From: Octopus vulgaris
Lineage: Eukaryota
Length of the DNA: 64,000 bases
NCBI GenBank assembly: GCA_951406725.2
Contig: OX597828.1
Coordinates: 63,364,001-63,428,000, forward strand
Direction: 5' to 3'
The number at the start of each line of letters is the position of its first letter. The stretch's first letter is position 1. Below the pieces are notes generated by a model. It ran no database searches. It was not told where the DNA came from and was given only the letters and a program-made list of their open reading frames with translations. Position numbers and translations under genes: made by a program. This document shows, piece after piece, positions 43,816 to 56,810 of this stretch.

Positions 43816-43985
43816 GGAAAATTAAAATTACAAAAAAGAAGAGAAACGAAGGAACAAGGATGAAAGGAATAGGATGAAAGAAGGAAAACTGGCGAAGGAA
43901 ATTGAAAGAAAATAAATTATGATGAGAAAGTTAAATAAGGGCAAAAAATGCTTTTGTGAAAGTGAAGAAGAAGAATGAAAGAGGT

Positions 43986-44022
<37 letters not shown>

Positions 44023-44848
44023 GAGGGAGAGAGAGAGAGAGAGAGAGAGAGTGTGTGTGTGTAATTGTGCGAGTGGAGCGAAGAAAGAGGTAACATAAGA
44101 TTAAAGATTAAGAATAAATTAAGGAAGAAATCTACAAAGGCAGGAGATTAGAAATAAGAAAGAGATGAAGGATAAATGTTTGGAGGTGAAAGAATGGGGA
44201 GGGAAGAAGAGAAAGAAAAAATAAACGAAAATGAGAAGAAGAGGAAGGTAGTAGATAAAAGGAGAAAAAGAGAATGTGGGAGAAGGCAGAAGAGAAAGAC
44301 ATAGGGTAAAGAGAAGAGAAGAGCAACAGGAGTAAAAGATTTAAGGGGCGGAGATGGACGTGGGGAAAGATTATGGAGGAGGAGGAGGAGGAGGAGAAAG
44401 CCGTGGATTGAAGAAAGATGAGGGAGAGACAAAAGGAGATGCCAAAAAAGAGGATGTTATGAATAGAGAGCAAAAATATGGAGGAATGTAATAAGCGGAA
44501 CAGAAAGAGAAAATAGAGAAGAAAGGAGTAAATGAAGCGTGTGACAAACAGACAACATATGGAGGTTAAATAGAACGAATGGGAACTTGAAAAGACAACA
44601 CACACACACACACACACACTACACATATACACACGTACACAAACATATTTATACGCATACACACATAACAATATAACGCACACATGTGCACATATATACA
44701 CTTGAGTGCGCGCGCATACACAGCTAATAGGAAACGTCGAGCTTGGCTTTTAAGCATGAAATATCTCGCAATATGATGTTATGTGATAACGTGTCAACTA
44801 TTTCGGCTACTCCCGCCGCCGCCGCCGCCACTGCTACTGCTGCTGCTG

Positions 44849-44903
<55 letters not shown>

Positions 44904-46290
44904 CACCACCACCACCACCACCACCACCACTACTACAACTACGACGACGACAACGGCGTTCACGTTCAATCTGTTCATATTCTCGTAACACTCTTTACAT
45001 GAAAGCGATAATTTCCATAAATTCTTGGCAGAATTTCGATTCCTCAAGGATAATGTCCTGATTGGGATGAAGGGGGGGGGTGAGAGAGATTAGGGGTGAT
45101 TAAGGGTGAATTTGCGTGGAGGCTGTTACTGTAATGGCTATTAGTGCATTTGAGTGTGGTATATAAGAGTTGACGGTGCCGATTGCAACTGTTGCATGGT
45201 GGAGCCAGACTGGGTGAGGCGGCTGCGTGTGTCGGGGGGTGAACACTGGTAAAGTTCTGACTGTTGCTATTGTTGTTGTTGTTGTTGTTGTTTGATCCCA
45301 GATCAAGTCTAACCAAACACAACTTTGATTAAAAACCTTTACGATGTAATTGGAAGGAATTTTAGCGTCTGCTTCTTCCAGATCGGGTGACCACGTCGAG
45401 GTTCACTCCTATTAAAGTGGCTAAAAGTGGGGGGAGAGGTTTAATCATTCTGAGTTCAAATTCCAGCGAGGCCGACGTTACTTTTCATCCTTCTAGGGGT
45501 GGGCAAAATAAAGTACCATCCAAGAAATGGGGTCGACACTATCACCTCAAAGTTGCAGGCCTTGCACCTGAATTAGAAACGATTATAATTTCTTTTCCAT
45601 GGGAAAAAGGAGCAAACTCAGGTACCACCAGGGTGGCCCACACTGTAGCTATATCACTGATCCCACCAGAGGGCGTTCGGTATCGAAGCTGCTGTGATGT
45701 CAGTGGACTCAGGATGGATTAAGTTTAACAAGAGGAGGAGTACATAACGGGTTGATGGAGAAACGGGTTGGTCAAATGTTTTCGTTTTTGCTTTGTCTTA
45801 TTTAGCTCCAGACTAAGTCTGAGCGAACGAAATTTCGATAAAAGATGTGTCAGTCCCGAATATCTCCTCTTAATTTTAGACAGTGTATATAATGAAACCA
45901 ATTTTTTTTTTAAATAGTTGGATGTGATTTGAAGGGAATCTGGCTGCTATGTTTAGCAGGTCGAGCTACCACGTTGCAGCCCTTAAGTTGGTTCCAGTAA
46001 CTGCTGTTATTGTGTACATTACCCTAGTCAACAGTGTCACCTTTAATAACCTTTAGTCTTCTCTGAATATTGGACAAGCCTTCTTCGGCAAGAACTCAAC
46101 GGCTGCACGTGGTTTCTGCTTGGAATCCATTATTTGCCTGCGATGAGAAAGAACAGGAAGAAGATTTATTACAGACGAAGAATTACTCTAGCAAAATGTG
46201 CAATGCAATGACCGGTGTCAGTTAAAAAAAAAAGTTATGCCTATTTCCCCCTTACTTTCGGTACACGCCTCGTTTTATATATATATATAT

Positions 46291-46797
46291 ATATAATTAG
46301 TGAATGGAAGAAATGGAGTTGAACGAAGATTGTACAGAATTCCTTTTATTACATTCTACGCATGTTTCAAAGGCCACAATTTTCCAAATTCTGATTAAAT
46401 AAGGATACCATATTGCAGCTTTCTCTTCAGGAAAAACCAGGAATTACGTTGTCAGAACAAAACAAAACAGAGGTGCAGCAAAGCAATTCGAACGAGGACG
46501 CTCCTTAAGAGCCCATGGGTAAAATGTTTATCAATGTACGTTGAAATCGTACATTGATAAACATTTTACCCATGGGCTCTTAAGGAGCGTCCTCGTTCGA
46601 ATTGCTTTGCTGCGCCTTTGTTTTGTTTTGTTCTGACAACGTAATTCCTGGTTTTTCCTGAAGAGAAAGCTGCAATATGGTATCCTTATTTAATCAGAAT
46701 TTGGAAAATTGTGGCCTTTAAAACATGTGTAGAATGTAATAAAAGGAATTCTGTACAATCTTCGTTCAACTCCATTTCTTCCATTCACTAATTATAT
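46291..46797. repeat. 250-bp-arm palindrome (inverted PLE pseudo-LTR-like); element extends to about 46950, bounded by (TA)n
   Basis: Arms mirror around the loop ttgaaat (46541-46547), with four mismatches seen. Confidence 0.93.
46354..46433 (-). ncRNA. Type I hammerhead ribozyme motif with extended stem II (mirror copy at 46655-46734 + has G12A)
   Basis: TTC-CTGAAGA-GAAAGCTGCAAT...ATTGTGGCCTTT-GAAA-C-ATGC-GTA-GAA: canonical core, stem I TTC/GAA, triplet GUA. Confidence 0.65.
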
Positions 46798-46945
46798 TAA
46801 ACTTCAATTATCCGCACCAACGCACGGTTGCAACACCATAAGGTCTTATCTCCAACCGTGTTTTTTCTGCTGTGATTTTTGCTACCCAGGTATCGGTTAA
46901 ACTTTTGAATAATCCGTAACAATATAATTCATCTTTCCATTTCAA

Positions 46946-47017
<72 letters not shown>

Positions 47018-47318
47018 AATAAGGAGAAAATGGAGAGCTAATTAAGATACTGTACTAATTATAAAATATGACAATTATTAAATATGTAGTCATATATTAT
47101 AACTAACAAATAATTCTATTAATTACCTCTCCATTTTCTCCTTATTCTTTAAATGTATAAATATATGAACCACGATTTATATGATTACCTTATAGCTGAA
47201 CTTTCTATAGATTGATAACTAACCAGTATTTACATTAGATTATATGATCTATTAATAAGGACTATTACCTTTACTTGATTATATATGCACGCACACACAG
47301 ACACACACACACACACAC

Positions 47319-47408
<90 letters not shown>

Positions 47409-47411
47409 ATA

Positions 47412-47442
<31 letters not shown>

Positions 47443-47465
47443 ATACTTATATATATATATGTATA

Positions 47466-47855
47466 TGTAAGTATTTGTAGAAATTCTTTCTAATTTTGGC
47501 GCAAGATCGGTAATTAGTCGATTACATGAACCCCAGAACATACATAGTGTGTGTGTGTGTGTGTGTATACATATGTATATATACATATATACATATATAT
47601 GTGTGGTGTGTATACATACAAATACATATATATATATATATATATATATAAATATATGTATGTATGTATATATATATGCATATATATATATATATTTGTA
47701 TGTATACACACATACATATGTATATATAAATATGCATACACACACACATACATACACACACACACACGTATATCTATGTATCTACTGGGATTCATGTAAT
47801 TGACTAATTACTGGTCTTTGTGCCAAAATTAGAAAGAATTTCTACAAATACTTAC
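47466..47855. repeat. Diverged inverted repeat (about 75-bp arms) around a microsatellite core
   Basis: gtaagtatttgtagaaattctttctaattttggc... versus ...gccaaaattagaaagaatttctacaaatacttac. The arms include SINE B-like sequence. Confidence 0.8.
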
Positions 47856-48266
47856 TCCACCCTTCCCCCAAATTGCAGGCCTTGTGCCAAAATTTGGAAC
47901 CGATATGGGGTATCATATTAGCAATGATGCAATTCGAACCATTGATCCTTCAATAAGTTGTGCGAGACTCTACTGAGAAAAGCAACAGCTTTCTACAAAT
48001 AAGGACCCACAGATTGAAAATAAGTGTGAATAGCATAACTTTTATATCACTGGTCACGGGTCAGCCTCCCCTCTTTTTTTTCCCTCCGAAGGGGTCTTCA
48101 GATTTTAATAGCTTCCACGTTTATTTTAGTGTAAATAACAACCGGAAGTAAACATCAACCCCCTGTTTCGGTCGCCATCAGTAGCGCCACCTACTGATCA
48201 ACTTCCATCTTTGACCTCTGACATTATGAAAAGGTTACTGAATAAAAGGAACGGACTACAGAAGTA

Positions 48267-48316
<50 letters not shown>

Positions 48317-48649
48317 CGTGCGTGTGCGTACATGCGTGTGTGTGCGTGCGATGCGTCTTTGTGCCCGTGTTTGTTCGCCTGCTTGACAACCGGTATTGGT
48401 GTGTTTATGTCCCCTTAGCTTAGTGAAATCGACAGAATAAGTACCGGGCTTTAAAAAAAAGTATGGGGTTCGATTCATTCGACCCCCCAAACAAAAACAC
48501 TTTTCAGAGCGGTGCTCCAGCATGGCTGCAGTCTAATGGCTGAAACAAGTTAATGATAAAAGAAGGGTTATTTCATGTGCCTCCAGTGTTGATTGCATGG
48601 TAATCCTAAGCGGAGAGTTTGTTGTGCTGATGCTATGGTGACGGGGATG

Positions 48650-49050
48650 TTTGTTTGTTTGTTTGTTGAGCGAAGCGGTCTTCGTCCCAGAGCTCGCAAG
48701 ATCGCGCGTCTGTAGTGGGAGAAGTCCGAAACGTGGTCCTTTGCTATTCGTAAGACCCGCAGAAGAGAAAGCAGGTCAACCCCCAACACCGAGAGCATCG
48801 ACGGATGGATGAATGCGCATCCAGGCTCAGCGGTTGCATAGGAAGTCGGGGACAAGAAACAGGAAGAAAGAGTGAGAGAAAGTTGTAACGAAAGAGTACA
48901 ACAGGGGTCGCCCCCCCCCCCCTGCCGGAGCCTCGTGGAGCTTTAGGTGTTTTCGCTCAATAAACACACACAACGCTCTGTCTGGGAATCGAAACCGCGA
49001 TCCTCCGACCGCGAGTCTGCTGCCCTAACCACTGGGCCATTGCGCCTCCA
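48650..49050 (-). mobile_element. tRNA-derived SINE family C
   Basis: Minus-strand head tggaggcgcaaTGGCCCAGTGGttagggcagcagactcgcggtcggaggatcgcGGTTTCGATTCCc (A and B boxes), unique body, (AAAC)n tail. Confidence 0.75.
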
Positions 49051-49517
49051 TAGTAACGGTGATGGTGCTGGTGGTGGAGGGGGAAACGACGGTGATGGTG
49101 GAGTTGGTGGTGGAGATTGTAAAGCTGGAACTGGTAAGGTTATCTTTGGGAGTTAATGGAAATAGAGCCGTGGTAGTGGGCAGGGCGATGATAGCTTCAT
49201 TGTTAGATTTGACGGTAGTTATGTTGGTGTTTGTGGTGGTAGTGCGGTGGCGGTGACGGCAGCGGTAGTGGTGGTGGTGGGGATTTAGGAATGTTTGATA
49301 AAGAGAGGGTGTGCCATGTCCATAAGCGTTTTTTCATTTTGATAATTTCAGGGCTGGAGACATCGGAGTCTGTCCCTGATAAATTATCGCGCATTATAAT
49401 GTTGGAATACAGACGTACATGTGTTCGTGTGGGTATGTGTGTGTGCGCGTGTGTGTGTATGTATATATATATAGACATGTGTGTGTGTGTATATATATAT
49501 CTACACATAAATATATA

Positions 49518-49564
<47 letters not shown>

Positions 49565-49661
49565 AACACAACCATACATCCAGCCAGTGTGGCATCGAGG
49601 CACTCATACGTATATTACACACATATACACATATCCATATGTACACACACACACACATGTA

Positions 49662-49728
<67 letters not shown>

Positions 49729-49768
49729 ACACACACATATATATATATCCATATGTATATATGTGTGT

Positions 49769-49807
<39 letters not shown>

Positions 49808-49809
<2 letters not shown>

Positions 49810-49972
49810 GGCGAAGGCGTGGCTGCGTGGTAAGAAACTTGTTTCCCAACCACATGCCCTAGGTTCAGCCTCACTGCATGATACCTTGTGCAAGTGTCTT
49901 CGTGAGTGGATTTGGTAGACGGAAACAGAAAGAATCCCACCGTGTGTATATATATGTATATGCATATATATA

Positions 49973-50021
<49 letters not shown>

Positions 50022-50505
50022 AGGTATGCCAAAAATGGAACAAGAACACAAAACATTCAGACAGTTAGATGATACAAAAACGTATAACAAAACATCCTGA
50101 CAGACGATACAAAAAAAAAGAAAGAAAAAGGACAGGTCTTTCGGAGTTTCTTTCTTCAGTCGAGTTCCAGATTATCTTTGCAATTTCGGCTGGTTATACT
50201 CGAGATTGCTCCAATCTGGCCGGTCCCAAGGAAAAACTAAGCTAAGAGCATTAGATTCCTTGGAAGAAAGCAGCGAATGTATACGAAAACAAGGACGGAA
50301 AAAAAAACGGAGAAATGTTACACAAATACAAATGCAAATGACAGGTGTGTTTACGTCCCCGTAACTTAGCGATTCAGCAAAACGGACCGACAGAGCAAGT
50401 ACCAGGCTTTAAAGAATAAAAAGTCTGAGGTCGATTTGTTCAACTAAAATCCTTCAAGGCGGTGCTCCTGCATGGCTGCAGTCTAATGACTGATACAAAT
50501 AAAGA
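49808..50505 (+). mobile_element. SINE family A interrupted by a ~320-bp insertion (50020-50340, PLE-like terminus) at its internal microsatellite
   Basis: Head at 49808-49945, (TA)n, foreign segment, then the family resumes at ggtgtgtttacgtccccg (50344) to the tail. Confidence 0.75.
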
Positions 50506-50515
50506 AAATATATAC

Positions 50516-50586
<71 letters not shown>

Positions 50587-50785
50587 CATACACACGCATT
50601 TCTATATACATTCATGCGCACGCACACAAGCGTATATAATGTTTTGTTTAGATGCAAATGCTTCCTTGACCAATTCTTTAGTGGTTCCTAGAAGAGAAAC
50701 CAAACTCCATCATTGGAATTTATGTTATAACAACAGAAAGCATCTACTGGATTGAGTTTCACAAACACCAGCAAACACACACACA

Positions 50786-50879
<94 letters not shown>

Positions 50880-51702
50880 TATATTGTTATATGACCGAAC
50901 GCACGCGTTATTTTCTCTTCTCCAAGTAAGTTTTTATTTGAATAATTATGACGCGTACTCTTACTCTTTACTTGACATTTCCTCCCTGCCTGTCTGTCTT
51001 CCTCTCTACATGTCTCTCTCCTTCTTATTTTTCACCCTTTCTGGTTTCTTTTCCTCTCTCTCTCTCACTCCCCTCCTCTCTCTGGCCGTTGACCGGAGTG
51101 CTACTTTCACCCATTCATATTCTCCCTTCTCCTTTTCTTCTTCTTCTTCTTCTTCTTCTTCTTCTTCTTCTTCTTCTTCTTCTTCTTCTTCTTCTTCTTC
51201 TTCTTCTTCTTCTTCTTCTTCTTCTTCTTCATCATTATCATCATCATCGTCGTCATCATCATCACCATCATCATCATCTTCTTCTTCTCCTTCTTCTTCT
51301 TCTTCTTCTTCTTCTTCTTCTTCATCATCAACATCATCATCTTCTTCTTCTCCACCTTCTACCTCTTAACTTTATCACTAATGCTTTTTAGTATAACACC
51401 TACGCAAATTCCATAAACAAACCTTTCAATAGAAATATTCTCCTGAATTGAACTGCAACTGCTAGCCGCCACTGACCATTCAAAATACGACCATCAGGGC
51501 ACTCCCAGATTTTCCCACCCCCTCTCCTCATCAGCCTTCTTCTTCTTCTACCCTACCAAGAATTCACAACGACCTCGAACACACAAGTGCAAACAAGGGA
51601 GACAGAGAAAGGCAGAATGCCACTTATATTTGAACACTATACAAATATTCCTTTAAAAAAACTTTTCTTTCAATTTTTCTAAATTTAATTATTTAATCGT
51701 TA

Positions 51703-51740
51703 CAGTTGAAAAGGCCTCAAAATGACCGAAACCGGTACTG
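51703..51740 (+). ncRNA. Minimal type I hammerhead ribozyme motif (U3-A8 variant)
   Basis: CAG-TTGAAAA-GGCC-TCAAAAT-GACC-GAAA-CCGG-TA-CTG: stem I CAG/CTG, G10.1-C11.1 present, palindromic stem III ACCGGT, triplet GUA. Confidence 0.7.
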
Positions 51741-51834
51741 AAATGTTCTTTATAAAATTATTTTAGCATTTTCTATTTTGACTTGTTTTTTCATATATAT
51801 CAACTCGTGTGTTCCTTTTCACCCTTATACATAC

Positions 51835-51903
<69 letters not shown>

Positions 51904-51937
51904 TATATTTGTATACATATATATGTATGCAGATATA

Positions 51938-51984
<47 letters not shown>

Positions 51985-52399
51985 GTGTGTATATATATAT
52001 ATATATATGTAAGTATGTATGCATTTTTTGTATGTGTGTATGTGTGTATAAACGTGTTTTTCATGGTACTCCCACGCTACGTGAACGCTACATCTGTCAG
52101 CCATAGCACGGGACTAAACAACAACAATAACAGCAATAATAGCAAACAGATGTCAGCAGCAAATATTCGAACTCATACACAACACACGCGCGCACACACA
52201 CACGCACGCACGCACACGCACACGCACACATGCGCACACATACACACGCACACAGACGTACGTACCTATGTATTATGTATGCATATATATACATATATAC
52301 ATTTATGGCAAGAAAGTTCTGTCACAGTTTTGACAAGATCACTCAGAGGATCCCTTTTCACACACACACAAAAAAAATAAGCATAAATTTTTACATTCT

Positions 52400-53465
52400 A
52401 ATGTTTAATTTCTTTTTTTGCAAATTTGTTTTATGCCGCAGTGCTAAATTCGTATCGATTTTGCCCTATGAAAATAAGATGAGGTCAGACCCGTGTCAGG
52501 CACTGCCTTCTTTATGCATTCCAAAATAGTCTCTTCAGCTTTAGAAGTGGCAAGAAATATTCGTTTAGTCTGTGGAAATGAAGCCATAAGTGTCGAACAT
52601 GCAAATGATGTTTTGCCCACTTTCGCTAGGGAAGTTTTTCTCACGTAGATTCTCTTCTATCTGGACGACCAAATTCTGTCAATATTGAGCTTCTGAAAGC
52701 CATCGTTGAGGAAATTCCAAAGCAAACTACACAAAAATTAACAAGACAGTTTAATTATATTTATACTTCGATCATAAAACACTTTCAAGAACCAGAAATA
52801 AACTTGGCCAGGTGGATCTCTCACTACCTGACAGCTTTTCAGCTTCATTAAAGAGTTACCGACCCTTTCCTGGGTAGAATCATCACAAATGATGGAAAAT
52901 GGGTTCTTTAAAGACATACCCAACGAAAACGACAATGGTTAGCACCCAATGAAAAAGGAGAATCCGTACCCGCAAAGCAGGGCTTCATCCTAAAAAACTG
53001 TGTTTGGTGGGATATGAAGGGTGTCGTTTGTCATGAAGTGCTAACACAAAATATAGTCGTGAATTGGAGGAAAACTTGCATAAAGGTTTTCAGAAGAAGC
53101 CCCCGTCAACGGTCGTTCTTAAATGGAATGATGCACTTATATGGTAATGTAAGACCACATGTAGCTCAGAGAAAGATTAAATATGAAAGCTTTATTTCAT
53201 CCTCATTATTCTCCCGGCGTTGCTCCAACTAACTGTCATCTTTTCCGATCATTGCAATTTTATTTAATGGTAAAAACGGTTTATTAATTGCAAAGCAGTT
53301 GGAATGGCATCGAGGGTGTCTTTGCTTTGAAACCCGAAGAATTTTATGCACGCGGAATCAATAATTTGCCAAAGAGGTGGGATTATGATATCAATAATGA
53401 GGGGAAATCTTCTCTTCATTAAATATATCAATTAAGATCAAAGAAACATTTGTTTATTTCCCTCC
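52400..53465 (+). mobile_element. Degenerate mariner transposon
   Basis: Fragments EVARNI, RIITNDGKWV, WWDMKGVVCHEVL, LYGNVRPHVA, GINNLPKRW, with many frameshifts. Boundaries approximate. Confidence 0.75.
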
Positions 53466-53564
53466 TTGAAATGCGACAGGACTTTCTTTCCGGCCTAAGA
53501 TACGTACACAACACAGACACAGACACAGACACACACACACACACACACACAGACACAGACACAG

Positions 53565-53640
<76 letters not shown>

Positions 53641-53999
53641 ATGTATAACAAATAAGAGAAAGAGGAAATAGAATTCACGAGAATCTTTAATTAATGACTG
53701 CGATCATTCCGACTCCTCTTGCATCGGTCTCTCTTACAACGCCATTCGGTATTTGCCTGTAGATTGTTGCATTCAATATTTTGTGGTTTGGAATGAAATG
53801 GAATGGGCACTGTTTTTTTCTTCTTCTTTATAAGGTAATAGACCCACGCGTAAAAAAATCACGAATAAAGCACGTAAGAATGAAAAATGTGAAAAAGATT
53901 AAAGATTATTTTGATAAGCATACAATGAAACTGGTACTATGCTTGCTTTGATGAAGATATATCATTTAATAGAGTATATATATATATATATATATATAA

Positions 54000-54041
54000 T
54001 TGTAGAATTCTCAAGTTGTATACCCGGATGTTATATTGTTA

Positions 54042-54092
<51 letters not shown>

Positions 54093-54123
54093 GTATGTAT
54101 GTGTATGTATATATATATATATA

Positions 54124-54193
<70 letters not shown>

Positions 54194-54269
54194 CATACAC
54201 ATACATACATAAATATATATATATAGGTAACAATATAACATCCGGGTATACAACTTGAGAATTCTACAA
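54000..54269. repeat. Palindrome whose arms include mirrored microsatellites
   Basis: ttgtagaattctcaagttgtatacccggatgttatattgttacct versus its exact reverse complement. The inner (TA)n/(CA)n/(TG)n tracts also mirror. Confidence 0.9.
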
Positions 54270-54478
54270 CTGGAGAGACATATCTGCACCACAAATGCAC
54301 CACCTCGCAAGTGAGATGCTGCACGATCAGTTGAAACGATTGTAGTGGATAAAGGGTCTGACGGATTTCATTTCCTTTCTTTTATATACATATCACCCTG
54401 ACCGACCAGTCCGTCAGGCGTCCATTTGACACCGCTGGTCACAGCACGCTGTCCACTCCTCATATATATTAATATATA

Positions 54479-54541
<63 letters not shown>

Positions 54542-54552
54542 TTAAGGGTAGA

Positions 54553-54870
54553 AATTGATATTTATGAATTAAAACCAGTGGTCGAGCATATTAAAAAAAG
54601 AATCCGAAGATTAAAATATTTATATATACCAATTAAGGACTGAACACGAAAAGTGGACAGTCAACATGCTAGATATAGACGTCAAATCGCCATTCTCCAC
54701 AAAAGATTATGTTCTCAAATCAATTTGATTTGTTTATTTCTCAAATCAATTTGATTTGTTTATGTTCTCAAATCAATTTGATTTGAGAACATAATCTTTT
54801 GTGGAGAATGGCGATTTGACGTCTATATCTAGCATGTTGACTGTCCACTTTTCGTGTTCAGTCCTTAATT

Positions 54871-54914
<44 letters not shown>

Positions 54915-55004
54915 TATTGTTCCACGTCCTGCGTTGCTGTGTTTTTTTCTCTTTTTTCTGTGTTTTCTTGTTTGGATTAACTTTATATATATATATATAT
55001 ATGT

Positions 55005-55061
<57 letters not shown>

Positions 55062-55378
55062 AATTGATATTTATGAATTAAAACCAGTGGTCTAGCATAT
55101 TAAAAAAGAATCCGAAGATTAAAATATTTATATATACCAATTAAGGACTGAACACGAAAAGTGGACAGTCAACATGCTAGATATAGACGTCAAATCGCCA
55201 TTCTCCACAAAAGATTATGTTCTCAAATCAATTTGATTTGTTTATTTCTCAAATCAATTTGATTTGTTTATGTTCTCAAATCAATTTGATTTGAGAACAT
55301 AATCTTTTGTGGAGAATGGCGATTTGACGTCTATATCTAGCATGTTGACTGTCCACTTTTCGTGTTCAGTCCTTAATT

Positions 55379-55434
<56 letters not shown>

Positions 55435-55500
55435 TATTGTTCCACGTCCTGCGTTGCTGTGTTTTTTTCTCTTTTTTTCTGTGTTTTCTTGTTTGGATTA

Positions 55501-55505
<5 letters not shown>
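54553..55505. repeat. 508-bp tandem duplication, each unit holding a ~260-bp palindrome (54621-54880, 55129-55388)
   Basis: Units are nearly identical. Each has ~100-bp perfect arms and a centre of three tctcaaatcaatttgatttg repeats. Confidence 0.9.
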
Positions 55506-55586
<81 letters not shown>

Positions 55587-55716
55587 CACACACATTATAA
55601 GCGAAAGTACACACATAAATCTCAATATATTGTATGTATTTGAGTGAAGATTGTGAACGTATGTGGCATGATTCTGTATTTGTGTTTGTGGGTAGATTTA
55701 TGTCTTTTGGGACAAT

Positions 55717-55771
<55 letters not shown>

Positions 55772-55976
55772 TTGGATCAGCAAACAAGGCACAAGGACAA
55801 GGCGCGATTAATTTCTTGATCTTTTGTTTGTTGCCAGTCACCGGGGCTATAGCGGTATCGTTGTCTAATAAGGCTGATTGAAAATATCCTAGGGGAGCGT
55901 TTGACATGTTAATTACAAATATGGTAGGGTCTCACATCACAGCCAAATCAAATAGACCGTTTAACTATGTCGGCGA

Positions 55977-56004
55977 CGCCATTTTCTTACGAGACACCGG
56001 AAGT
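55977..56004. promoter_or_regulatory. Candidate YY1 (CGCCATTTT) and ETS (ACCGGAAGT) motif pair
   Basis: Both consensus motifs lie 10 bp apart in non-repetitive, CpG-containing sequence. No transcript evidence. Confidence 0.3.
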
Positions 56005-56467
56005 CGATTTGTTGTATGAGAGGCGCCTGCTCAGCAGTGATTAGTTCATAGAATCAATGTCGTACAAAAGAGGAAACGATGGTGGTGGTGGTGGTGGGGA
56101 TGCAAGGACGGCGAGGCTTCAGTGCAATCGAAGGAGGGTCATTGCAAAGCAAGAGGATGGGCTGGCGCATAATTACGCTTGTTATTTCTTGTCTTGGCGG
56201 TTGTTTTTGTTGTTTTTCTTGCATTTGCTTTGTTTCATTTATTTTTGCTTTTTTTATTTGTTGTTGTTGTTGTTGTTGTTTTGATGCTCAGATTCATTGG
56301 AATCTCGTCTCGTGGAGGCTTATTTTCTGTAAAGTTTATAATGGCTTCTATTTCGGGTTGGCCGAAATCAGCCACAGGCTTTCTTCAAAGACTAAAATGG
56401 AGCGGTTGGAGTCAATTGAATTAAACACCCCCCCCCCACCAATTCTCCTCCAAAATTTCAGACCTTG

Positions 56468-56810
56468 TAGGTGGCGAGCTGGCAGAACCGTTAGCACGCC
56501 GGGAGAAATGCTTAGCGGTTTTTCGTCTGCCGTTACGTTCTGAGTTCAAATTTCGCCGCGGTCGACTTTGCCTTTCATCCTTTCGGGATCGATTAAATAA
56601 GTACCAGTTACGCACTGGGGTCGATATAATCGACTTAATCCGTTTGTCTGTTTCTGTTTGTTCTCTCTCTGTTTAGCCCCTTGTGGGTAGTAAAGAAATA
56701 GGTATTTTGTCTGTCCCTATGTTCTGAGTTCAAATTCCACTGAGGTCAACTTTGCCTTTCATCCTTTCGGGTTCGATAAATTAAGTACCAGTTGCGTACT
56801 GGGGTCGAAA
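56468..56810 (+). mobile_element. SINE family B, young-looking dimeric copy
   Basis: ggcgagctggcagaaccgttagc...ctgagttcaaat...gcctttcatcctttcgggatcgattaaataagtaccag, then a second partial unit. Further decayed copies at 57860-58340. Confidence 0.85.

Noticed and set aside
48975-49050. tRNA gene (also 62255-62329 and the SINE A/B heads)
   Set aside because: A and B boxes are present, but no complete cloverleaf is evident and each runs into a SINE body and tail.
50128-50165. Hammerhead at CTGAAGA...GAAA (minus strand)
   Set aside because: Stem II does not form and the A15.1-U16.1/NUH arrangement is absent.
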